From positions 1 through 33,125 of the IMG/VR virus record IMGVR_UViG_3300039106_000621: DNA of 33,125 nucleotides, one strand, 5' to 3'. The DNA is from a virus. Lineage: Duplodnaviria > Caudoviricetes. Below, piece after piece: positions 16,494-26,700 of the stretch; the stretch's first letter is position 1; each line of letters begins with the position of its first letter. The notes beneath the pieces are model-generated. The model did no database searches. It was not told the DNA's origin and saw nothing but the letters and a program-made list of their open reading frames with translations. A program made the translations under genes and the position numbers.

Positions 16494-16545
16494 TGTGTTC
16501 TCCGGTTTAGTTTTAAGATTTAACGCTGTGCTTCGCGTTGGTGAT

Positions 16546-16590
16546 AAGATAATCGATGTAATTAAAATAATCAACAAAATTATTTTAATT
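16546..16590 (-). promoter_or_regulatory. Leftward sigma70-type promoter overlapped by a 12-bp inverted repeat
   Basis: TTGATT (16574-16569), 17 nt, TATCTT (16551-16546); AATTAAAATAAT/ATTATTTTAATT at 16560-16590. Confidence 0.5.
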
Positions 16591-16755
16591 AATTAAGTTT
16601 AATAATTTTGTTTAGCGTAAAATTAATAAGCTATTTTGCTATGTGTTTGATTAAATTGAGGAAAACGGAACGATAGCGAATCGCTATTATCTTTTCAGCC
16701 TGTCCGCAATCATTGCCGGTAGGGTTCATTCCTAGCATCAACTGCTGCACAAATC

Positions 16756-16773
16756 AGCAGGCACAAAAAAGCC
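16756..16773 (+). repeat. 18-bp direct repeat, left of the Rha gene
   Basis: AGCAGGCACAAAAAAGCC, identical to 17500-17517. Confidence 0.85.
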
Positions 16774-16853
16774 TTAAAGATATTGCCTGTTAATAATTAC
16801 CTGCTAAAATTCAATTGCCATCGTGGCTTTTATTTAACTTATGAGGTTTCAAA

Positions 16854-17501
16854 ATGGATATTATCCAAATCAAAAAAGAATTGCGCATTGACTCCCGCCT
16901 ACTTGCTGGTCAATTAGACCATCGTCATCGAACCATATTTGCATCAATAACAAAGTACGAAAAAGAATTAGCCTCACTTTCACTGATGCGATTTGAAACG
17001 GAGGCAGTGAAAGTAGAAGGGGAACGCGGTTATAAAATTCAAAAGTTTGCACTACTCACAGAGGATCAATGCTATTTTGTCTTAACCTTAATGCGAAACA
17101 ATCAGAACGTCGTAGCGTTGAAGTTAAAACTGGTGAAAGCCTTTCGAGATGCTAGAAAACAAATTGCCAATAGGGATATGGCGCGCCTATCTGGTAAACA
17201 GGTGCGCAGAGATGAAACGGATGCTATAAAGGAATTGGTCGAATACGCGACGACTAAGGGTTCTAAGAACGCGCAATTCTACTATCCTAATATTACCATC
17301 ATGACAAACAAAGTCATTGGTATAGATAAGGGGCAACGTGACACACTAGATACACGTCAATTATGTGTCCTGCAAATGATTGAAACGGCTATACGTATTG
17401 CAATTGGTGACGGCTTGCGTGAACAACTCGACTATCATGACATCTTTGAATTATGCAAAGACAGAGTTAGCGAACTACAACCACTCCTCAAACTAAACTA
17501 G
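16854..17501 (+). CDS. Rha-family phage regulatory protein
   Basis: IDSRLLA..L..RH..I...I.KY, LLTEDQ..F.LTLMRN...V..LK.KLVKAF; GAGGT SD. Confidence 0.85.
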   Translation: MDIIQIKKELRIDSRLLAGQLDHRHRTIFASITKYEKELASLSLMRFETEAVKVEGERGYKIQKFALLTEDQCYFVLTLMRNNQNVVALKLKLVKAFRDARKQIANRDMARLSGKQVRRDETDAIKELVEYATTKGSKNAQFYYPNITIMTNKVIGIDKGQRDTLDTRQLCVLQMIETAIRIAIGDGLREQLDYHDIFELCKDRVSELQPLLKLN

Positions 17502-17517
17502 CAGGCACAAAAAAGCC
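17500..17517 (+). repeat. 18-bp direct repeat, right of the Rha gene
   Basis: AGCAGGCACAAAAAAGCC. Confidence 0.85.
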
Positions 17518-17545
17518 CTACCGGTTTTAAATTCCTACAGGGCTT
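17509..17545 (-). terminator. Putative terminator downstream of the K/G micro-ORF
   Basis: AAGCCCT...AGGGCTT stem with A tract on the left. Confidence 0.5.
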
Positions 17546-17588
17546 CTCTAACTTAAAACAAATAAAATATTTTACCTGCTAACTTACA

Positions 17589-17639
17589 CTAGCATTTTTT
17601 ACCACCACCGCCTTTACCGCCTTTTTTCTTCATAGCCAT
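17589..17639 (-). CDS. Basic micro-peptide MAMKKKGGKGGGGKKC (16 aa)
   Basis: Directly preceded by AAGGAGGTGATCCAG (17654-17640); ends in TAG; followed by a terminator-like hairpin. Confidence 0.6.
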   Translation of the reverse strand: MAMKKKGGKGGGGKKC

Positions 17640-17734
17640 CTGGATCACCTCCTTTTTTATGACATACTTCAATTATAGTATAGCTGTGATACAATCGCGC
17701 AAAATCTTTATCACTTCATCGTCGTGAGGACGTT

Positions 17735-18730
17735 ATGACAATCAGACAAAATTCTTTTATAGCTGGTGAGATGATCAGCAGAAAACAAATGGATCAAATG
17801 GGTATGCCAATAGGCAACCCACACAAACCTCCTTTCAAACAAAAAGAAATGCCTTTTTTTATCGCTCCAGCAGTCACAGCAGCAAGCGTGGCAATTGGCA
17901 CAGCGGCAACAGTTGGATCAATGGCGGCAATCGGCACAGCGGCTCTTGCAACAGTCGGGGCAATTGGTACAATCGCAGCGGTCGCAGGGACAGCAATGTC
18001 GGTAGTCGGAATGGTTACAGGCGATAAAAGCCTGATGAAAATAGGCGCAATTGTAGGTCTAGCAGGTGGCGTGGCTTCGCTTGCATCCGGTGCTGTAGCT
18101 TCACTTGCTGCTGGTGGGGAATTTGCCATGGGGACAGCAGGTATTCAATCAGCTAATGCGGCTAATGCGGCAGCGGTTAATACAAGCAACCTTCTGGCTA
18201 ATGGCGCAGTAACTGGTGGATTGTCAGCAAGTAAAACGGCATTAAACGGATTGACTGGGGAAACCGCAAGACAGGCTGCGATTAATACAGCTCAAATGTC
18301 ACCTGTTACATTACAAGGAGGGGCAACCAGTAGTCAAATAGGTAGCGCATTAGGTCAAAACGCAACCATATTGCCTAATTCCGGCTTAATTGGTAAAACT
18401 GCAAGCGGTGCTTTATTAAGTGGCGCGGAAGCGTTGAGGGCAGGTGGTTCTGGTGCAGCTTTAGCGGCAAACTCAGCGGCATCAAGTGGCGGCTTTATAG
18501 ATAGGCTAATGGGTAGCATGACTGAAAAAGACTATGTAATCACAGGCTTTAGCGCGTTAACAGGCGGGGCAAAGATGATGCAAGGCAATCAAGCAAGCGC
18601 TAATCAGCAAAAACAGTATGAATACGCACAATCAATCAGAAATCAACGTACCGCCAATCTTAACAGCGTCCCAAGCCTACGCAATACACTTGATGCTAAT
18701 GCTGGTTTGAACGCTAACGCAGGACTATAA
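17735..18730 (+). CDS. Ala/Gly-rich internal virion (ejection/pilot-like) protein
   Basis: Long small-residue hydrophobic segments; GAGG SD; first gene of an operon that contains a transglycosylase-like protein and a giant protein. Confidence 0.6.
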   Translation: MTIRQNSFIAGEMISRKQMDQMGMPIGNPHKPPFKQKEMPFFIAPAVTAASVAIGTAATVGSMAAIGTAALATVGAIGTIAAVAGTAMSVVGMVTGDKSLMKIGAIVGLAGGVASLASGAVASLAAGGEFAMGTAGIQSANAANAAAVNTSNLLANGAVTGGLSASKTALNGLTGETARQAAINTAQMSPVTLQGGATSSQIGSALGQNATILPNSGLIGKTASGALLSGAEALRAGGSGAALAANSAASSGGFIDRLMGSMTEKDYVITGFSALTGGAKMMQGNQASANQQKQYEYAQSIRNQRTANLNSVPSLRNTLDANAGLNANAGL

Positions 18731-18732
18731 CA

Positions 18733-19305
18733 ATGGCTACAATGCAAGACACAGCAAAGAAAACCGGCATGACTAATGAAATGCTGATCCAGATACAAAA
18801 AAATATAGAATCAAAAGTATCTCCAGAGAATAAACAGCGCTATGAGAAAACAGTCTTGGCCGCTGAAACTTTAATGTTTGATCCGAAAACCCATCAAAAC
18901 ATGGAACTAGTCAAGAATCCAGATAGCCAATCTAACCTAGTTGAAACGGTCAGCAAAGGCGTTAGCGGCTTAATGTGGTTACTCTATCAGCAATCAAAGA
19001 AAAGTTTACCGGCAGAAGTGCTAGTATTTGCAGGAACGACCACTATCTGCAAGGTGCTAGACTTTGCAGAGCGCGGTCTACGTCTACCACTCACTCCGGA
19101 AATCATCTCACAGACAACCAAGCGCACAACAGATAAACTGTTTGAGCAAATGGGCATCACACCAGAACAGCTCAAAGCGGCAATTGCTCAAGGTAAACAG
19201 GAAATTGAGGATTACCAAACGCATCAAGAGTATGTTGGCAATAAGATGCAGGCAGTCAAGTCTAAAGGCACAGCGCCTAATAAACCAGTCAAGCGAGGAA
19301 TGTAA
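18733..19305 (+). CDS. Hypothetical protein in the internal-virion operon (190 aa)
   Basis: ORF track; AGGA SD; tight packing. Confidence 0.7.
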   Translation: MATMQDTAKKTGMTNEMLIQIQKNIESKVSPENKQRYEKTVLAAETLMFDPKTHQNMELVKNPDSQSNLVETVSKGVSGLMWLLYQQSKKSLPAEVLVFAGTTTICKVLDFAERGLRLPLTPEIISQTTKRTTDKLFEQMGITPEQLKAAIAQGKQEIEDYQTHQEYVGNKMQAVKSKGTAPNKPVKRGM

Positions 19306-19307
19306 TC

Positions 19308-20699
19308 ATGGCTTATGGAATGTTAACTAGTTTTGCCTTAGGCGCTGCGCAAGGTCTAGGCACGGCAATGATAAATAAATACAGCAAGGATCAAGATGCT
19401 GAGATTAAAGCTAAAGCGGATGCAGAGCGTGAAGCACGAATTGAAGAAGCGGCCATAAGGCTGGAAGGTAGAAAGAATTTACGATCTGATTATGAATATG
19501 ATCGCAAAGCAGCAGACGAAACCATTACAAAAGGCGAAGAACGTCAAGCCAAATATGATGAAGAAGAACGCAAACAAAAAATGCTAAATGATCCCTATAC
19601 CTTGCAAGGTCAAAAAACCGTAGCTGAAACTGAAACTACAAAGAAACAAGGGATGTTAGCCGAATCAAACCTAGCAGAAAAAGAAAGAAAAGGACAACAA
19701 GATGAATTGATACTAGATATGCAACGACAACTAGTTAATGAAACCGATCCGACTAAACGATCTGAAATTGCTACTAAAATAGCGCAAATGAGCGGTAAAA
19801 CAGGAGATGAAAATAAAACCCTGTCAAAAGTGGTAACACCAGACGGTAAATCTTTCTTTGAAATCACTGGTGTACTTAACACGCGAACAGGTCAAGAGAA
19901 ATGGGCAGAAAATACAACGCCTATTAATCCTAAAGAAGTTGAAGCCAAGGCTATTGCTTATGCTAATCTGCAAGCCGGTACAAACCTAAAGAATGTAGGT
20001 GAAGCCGACGCGCTAAAATCTAAAGGATGGGGGGATACCGAAACTAATAACGCTAAAACTGCGCAATCGTTCACCAATGCTTACAATGAATTCAAAGTAA
20101 ATGGCGGTAAGATTGTAGAACAAGATAAACCAAACTATAGTCCTGCACCATTTAAAGCGGATGATCCTGCTAAACAAAAAGAATATGACATTATCTTTGG
20201 TGGCGTAGTTAAGCAACATGAATCGGGCAGTAAAGGTGTTAATGCTCAAAACCCAACGTCAAGCGCAGGAGGCACATGGCAATTAACTGATCCAACGGCA
20301 GAATTCTATGGTGCTAAAAAAGACGCGAACGGTAAAATATCTAACGCTGAAAAAGATAGAGTTGCTCCGAAATTTTATGCGGATGTTTACAAGACAACCA
20401 ACGGTGATCCAGCAGCTATGATTGCAGCGGGATTTGGTCAAAACGATATTAAAAGTGCTATTAAAGATGCTGAGAAAAAAGGCACAAAATGGTGGGTAGA
20501 AACTGATAGCATTACGCCTAAAGATATGAACGAAAGTTATATTCGTGCTAGAGAATCAGTTGCACTACTTCGAGCAAACGGTATTGAACCCGATACAAGG
20601 TTATTAGATTTTGTAGATAACTATAAAGCGACTAAAATTGCATCAACAGCACCAGATAAAACTGGATTTACATTAAGAGCAGTGCGCCCAGCGCTTTAA
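19308..20699 (+). CDS. Internal virion protein with C-terminal lytic transglycosylase-like domain
   Basis: N-terminal Gly/Ala helix and coiled coil; QHESG...AQNPTSSAGGTWQLT resembles the SLT ES..N..S.A.G..Q motifs. Confidence 0.7.
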   Translation: MAYGMLTSFALGAAQGLGTAMINKYSKDQDAEIKAKADAEREARIEEAAIRLEGRKNLRSDYEYDRKAADETITKGEERQAKYDEEERKQKMLNDPYTLQGQKTVAETETTKKQGMLAESNLAEKERKGQQDELILDMQRQLVNETDPTKRSEIATKIAQMSGKTGDENKTLSKVVTPDGKSFFEITGVLNTRTGQEKWAENTTPINPKEVEAKAIAYANLQAGTNLKNVGEADALKSKGWGDTETNNAKTAQSFTNAYNEFKVNGGKIVEQDKPNYSPAPFKADDPAKQKEYDIIFGGVVKQHESGSKGVNAQNPTSSAGGTWQLTDPTAEFYGAKKDANGKISNAEKDRVAPKFYADVYKTTNGDPAAMIAAGFGQNDIKSAIKDAEKKGTKWWVETDSITPKDMNESYIRARESVALLRANGIEPDTRLLDFVDNYKATKIASTAPDKTGFTLRAVRPAL

Positions 20700-20711
20700 G
20701 GAATTAAACAA

Positions 20712-23700
20712 ATGGCTATATTTACTTTTGCAGCACCAGACGGAAAAGAATACGATATTGAAGCGCCAGAAGGTGCAACCCAAGATCAAGCATTGGATTA
20801 CTTAGTATCGAATTGGGATACGCTCAAAGATATGCCGTCACCTAGTGATGCTGCGAAAGTAAATGAACCTGTAGTACAAGAAACCAACCAACCTGTAGCA
20901 GAACAGCCAGAAGGCGACAAATCTATGGTAGGTAAAGCCTTAGATTGGATGATGAAACCCGAACCTCAAAAACCAGTAGACACTTCAATTGATAATCAAG
21001 AATTATCAACCACTGAAGAAGCCTATCAACGTGCCAAGAAAATTGCGGCTGAACTTTATAATTCCACTATTGAACCTTATCGAAAATCCGTAGAGGATTT
21101 ATCTTTATCAATGGGTAAAGGCTTAATAAGTGTTCCCGAATTTATAACAGGTGTTGCTGATATAGCCAGTGGGGGTAAAGTAGGTAAAGCCTTAGAAGAC
21201 AGTGGCGTTAACTTCCAAGAAGCAAAAGACTGGTTAACTTCTCGCCAAACTTTAGAAGAACAAGCGGCTGCAAAAGAACGAGAAAGCGAACCTACATTTG
21301 GTGGAACAGTTAAATCAATGGCAATGCACCCATTGTCAACTATTAACGCGGCTGTTGAATCAATTCCAGCGTCATACGTTGGTGGGCGAATCGGTCAAGC
21401 AGTTGGTGGGATAAAAGCATTAGGTAAAGCCAGCGGAATGCTTGGAGCAGGTGCAGGTGAATTTATTGTCGGATCGGGACAAGCAGAAGAAGGTATTCGT
21501 CAACAAACACCAGACGGGCTAACCACACCAGCACAATCAGCCTCAGCGGTAGGCGCAGGTGCAGCAGACGCATTCTTAGCAGGTATTGGTAGCGTAGCCG
21601 CTAAGAAATTAGGTATATCAGATATTGATACCTTATCAGCAGGAACAGGTGAAGCATCGAAAACTATTAGCAATCTGTATAAACAAGTATTGTTAACAAT
21701 GGGTGTTGAAGGGGGTGAGGAAATATCTCAATCGGCTGCTGAAAAGGTTATTGAAAACTATGCGTTAGATAAACCAAGTCTATTTGAAGGTGTACCAAAC
21801 GCTGCGGCAATAGGCTTAGTTACAGGTGCGACTATGGGCGGAGGTCACGCTTTAATAAGCGAACTGGAAAAAGATAAACCTCAACCCGAAGGCACACCAA
21901 TTGCAGAATCAATGTTGCGCGGTGGATTACCAACAAGTGAACCTACTCAACCTCAAACAGAACCGCCTGATAATGAAGCCCTAAGAGCTTATAGGGAAGT
22001 TTTCAGTGATGCGAATTTAAACCCTACCCCACCTGCTCAAGCGGTAGATACCACAGCGCCTATTGTTGACAATGAAACTATTGCCAAAGATGTAATTAAT
22101 TCAAATACACTTGATGACGCACTCCAAACATTCAACAATACCGTAGAAGCAAACACCTATGGGCATGAAGTGAATATGGAATATGCAAATAAAATTGCAG
22201 ACAGATTCACTAGTAAAAAAGAAATTGAAATTCAAGATAAGGATTATCAAGATTCAGTTCAATTAGAAAATCAGCTTTCAACCGTTAGGGATGAGCTTGC
22301 TTACAAGAAATTCCAAACAGCATTTGAAGAATCAAATCAACAGGCATCAAAAGAAGAATTTGATGCGTTAGTTGAACAAGAAATTCAAGATAAAAATCAA
22401 CAACTTAAATCTGTTTTAGACCAACAATCAACGCAAAGAGCGCAAAGATTTGAAGCCAGTGTCCCATCAACTAATACCGTTATTGAAAATGAACAATGGG
22501 CAAGAACTCGTAACAATCGTAATGCCATTATTCAAATGGTATTCGATAGAAACCTGCCTGCTGAAAATATTTTCCCTGCCATTAAAGCAGAATTAAAACG
22601 TCAAGGCTTTAACGATACGCAGTTATCGCAAGATGATATTGAAGCCTATACGTTTTTAAAAGAATACCCACAAGCTAAGGTCGAACCAGCTCCACTGCAA
22701 GTGATCCCAACATCAGTAAATGAAATGGATGTTGAATCGCTAATCAAGGAAAAACCTCAAGCAATTCAAACTGAGCAATTATCACCTGCGTTATCCAAAG
22801 TAAATGAATGGGTAAACAATGGAGCGACTTATAAAAATGGAATGCTCATTGATTCTAAAGGTAAAAAGTTTGTACTTAACAAAGCTCAACGTGACTACTA
22901 TTTAATGTCGCGCTCTAGTCCATTGATGCAAACACCTGTTGCTATGGGCGAAGGTACGGTTGAAACACGTCGAGGTCAAGAGCAGATTAGTGGTGTGGAA
23001 GAACCTAATGCGCCAACAGCAGAAATACCTGTAGCAGAAACACTAATAACAGAAGTTCAAACGCAAGAACAACTTCAAAAACTAATGAATAGTTTTCAAG
23101 AAGGGGATGTGATTGTTACAGATACAGGTGATAGATTTGTAATTGAAGGTGTTATAAAAAGAAAAAATGGAGAGGTTGCGGCAGTTATAATCCCCCCATC
23201 TGAAGAAGAAGGAAGTAAACGATTTACCCTAGATATTGATGGTGTTAATGCGTTTATTAATCCTCAAGGGTATTATGACCAAAAGACAAATGAACGAAAA
23301 CTTAGCGGATTTGGAAAAGTTGAAAGAGCAAAACCAACAGCAGAAATGCCAACAGCAGAAATGCCAACAGCAGAAACGCCAACAGCAGAAATACCTGTAG
23401 CAGAAACTCCAACAGCAGAAAATAAAAAACTGTATGAGTTAACTCGTGAAGAATATGCAGTAAGATTCCCAACAGCTAAGGAATCAGCCTATGACGATAC
23501 TATTCGCAATGCTGTAACTCTAGGTGACTTAACACAGGAACAAGCTGATAAAGTTTTAATCAGAACATGGTCTGGGCAAAAAGAATTTTGGGCAAAAACT
23601 AGAAGTGAACTTGAGCAAGAAAAGAAAGATAGCACTCGTAGGTTAGTTAAAGAAAAAGCGCAATCTAAAAAGAACCCTACTTACAATGTAAAATGGGCGC

Positions 23701-26700
23701 AAAAGTCTGAAGATAATTCTCGCAAAATAGCTATTGAGCAAAACAAAAAACAGTATGATGAATTACTAGCAGTTCATAAAGAACGTGTTCAAGAAGCACT
23801 TGATGAAGGTAAACCTGTACCCAAAGAAGTGTTAGCTGATTATCCCGATTTAAAACCAAGCGTTGAAGTTACAAATCAAACACCAGTAGCAGAAACGCCA
23901 ATAGAGACCAAACAACAAATTAATCCAAAAATTGCAGGTAATTTGAAAAGTGGTGACATTGTAGTTGATGTAAACGGAAAAGAGTATTTGGCGCAAAGCG
24001 CTCGACAAGATTACTTAGAAGCGTTTCCAATTGTAAATGGCAAAGCGGATGTTTCAAAAGATACATTAGTAACATTTCATTTAAGAGATGCAACTAAAGA
24101 TGCGTTTAAAGAACGTAACAACACGCCTATTTTTACAACAGGTAAAAATTTATATTCTGAAACACCAACAACAGAAACGCAAGCAGCAGAAACACCAGTA
24201 GCAGAAACACCAGTAGTAGAAACACCAGTAGCAGAACCCAAAGGAACAATCAACAACCCTATTCTTAGAAAGAACGGTAAGCCATTTACTAGTCAGCAAG
24301 GAGCGCAAACGCACATTCGCACCAATCCAGAATTATCTAAGGATACTCACACTTGGGTAAAACTTGGCGATGAGAAATACGGTATTGTCACTGAAGACCA
24401 AGTGGTTAGAAAACCAACAAAACCTGCTGCCAATAACCTACGGGCACTAACTGGTTTAGAACCTATTGAAACTGCTATTGGTAAACTTGGCGGTATCAAT
24501 CGTGAGATGGCGAATAAAGCAGGTTTTTCTGATTTTAAAGGTTGGTACTTTACTAAAACAAGTTCCGAAGGTTTTGATGGAATGGCGTTACGATTAGCTG
24601 ATAGGGGTTATGACGTTGATGGGGAAAACGATTTAATTGCTAAATTAGATCAATCATTAAATGCAAGGCTATTTGGTAGGGGGCAACAAGTCTATACGTC
24701 CCAAGGACTTGATAACGATATTGCCAAAATGTTAGCCGATAGAGAGGATGATTTAGAACAGCAACAACAAGATGAACTTTTAAATACCTATACAAATGAA
24801 GAAGTTAACGCAATTTTAGATGCGCAGACGCAAGCTGAAAAAGATAAACTCATTGCAGATATTAAAGCAGAAAAGAAACGTAAAGCTGATTTAGAAGTCG
24901 ATACAGTAGTTGATGAAATGCTCGGTAAAGGCATGACAACTTCTGGTGATTTGTTTGCACCAGAACGTAAGGGCAAAGCTACCGTTGGGCGTGAAGTGAC
25001 AATTGAAGGTGAGCAACTTGCTAACTCACCACTTGAGCTTAAAAAACTTTATCCTAATCATTGGTTCTATGGGAATAAAGGCGCTCAAAGTAAATTTGAT
25101 GAAACTGAAATTGATTATGAAACCCAATACCCTAATCTTGAATCGGTTTCATTAATCAATACAGATAGCAATATCGGTGGATTCTACGATCAAGTTGAGC
25201 AGGCTATTTATCAAACAAGTCAATCTGATCGCACCACAATACACGAACTCGGTCACGCTATTCATCACCAACTACTGAATTACCGCAAATTAACTGAGGA
25301 TGAACGCGCTACACTTAAAGAATTAATTCTAGGTGATGCGGAAGCTAATCATCCTTATTTAGCAAGTGATAAAGAACTTGTGGCTGAATTCAATCTGTAT
25401 GCACACGTTTTTCCAGTCAAAGCCAAAGCCTATGCACCAGAGCTTTATAAAGAGCTTGTAGGCGGCAGAAAAGATGTAAGCATTAAGTTAGGTAGCCAAG
25501 ATAATAAAGCACTCACAGCAGCGCTTAAACAGGCGAATGTGACTATTGAGAAAGGGTATGGGGATGAAGAACAAATCAAACCTAAACTTACTCAAAAAGA
25601 ATTAGATGATTATGATAAATATAAAGTTAATAGATATAATGAAGATAAAAATAATGTTATTAATTTTTTAGATGAAATTGGTGCATGGACATCTAATCTT
25701 ATGAAAGAATCTAAAGATTTTTTAGTTGTTCCAATAGTTTCAATTAATAAAAATATTAGATTTGCATTAGTTTCAAAAGCCTATCCTGCTGTAAAACATG
25801 GATCGATTATATTTTTAAATGACGATGGTCAAATAGCAAAGGCTAAAAGTTATAGTCGCATTGCTAAGAATTTATTTGGTAAAGAAAAAGGTAGAGAAAT
25901 AATATTTGATGATAATTTAAATTCAGAGGTTTTATCTGAATATAAAAATGATTTGGCATTTAATGCAGGACTTAGTTTTCAGTCAATTGTTGATAAAGTA
26001 GATAGTTTAAAATCATTATCTCACCTTACTACTTCGGAAGATCGTGCTTCTCAGTTAAAAGATATTTTAGGGGATGTTTGGACTAAAGCTGTTGATAAAT
26101 CTAATAAATCAAATATCAAATTCAGCAAAGCCAAATCGCAGCAACGCCTTGCACCTAATGGTAAACCATCAAACTTAAATGCGGTTCAATACGAGCAAGT
26201 TAGAACACCAGAATTCAAAGAGTGGTTTGGTGATTGGGAAAATGATCCAGAAAATGCTTCAAAAGTTGTTGATGAAAATGGCGAGCCGTTAGTGGTTTAT
26301 CATGGTACAAAACAAATTGATATTGAATCATTTAAAAATGTTAGAAATCCTAAAGATTGGGGAGATGTATTTAAGCAATACAAAGAAGAAGGCGGTATCC
26401 CCTATTCACTTTATCGATATGGTTTCTTTTTCTCACCTGTAAAAGAAATTGCTAATAATTACACTGGTGATAATACGGGTACGCTTTACCCTGTATTTGT
26501 ATCTTCCAACAATCCTATATTTGTAGATTATTCTAAAGCAAAAAATAAATTACCACCTTACGCACCATTAGGTGAAAAAAATACAGATGGTTTGATATAT
26601 CATAATAATGATTTTGATAAGGTATTAGAAATAGCTGTTATTGATCCTAATCAAGTTAAATCTGCTATAGGTAACACAGGTGCGTTTAGCAAGGAAACAA

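Noticed and set aside
17640-17654. Match to the 16S rRNA 3' end as a possible rRNA fragment
   Set aside because: Only 15 nt match and the flanks are not rRNA; better read as an extended SD on the minus strand.
17794-18129. 111-aa Pro/Ala/Thr-rich antisense ORF
   Set aside because: Mirror of Ala/Gly codons (GCN/GGN) in the 331-aa gene.
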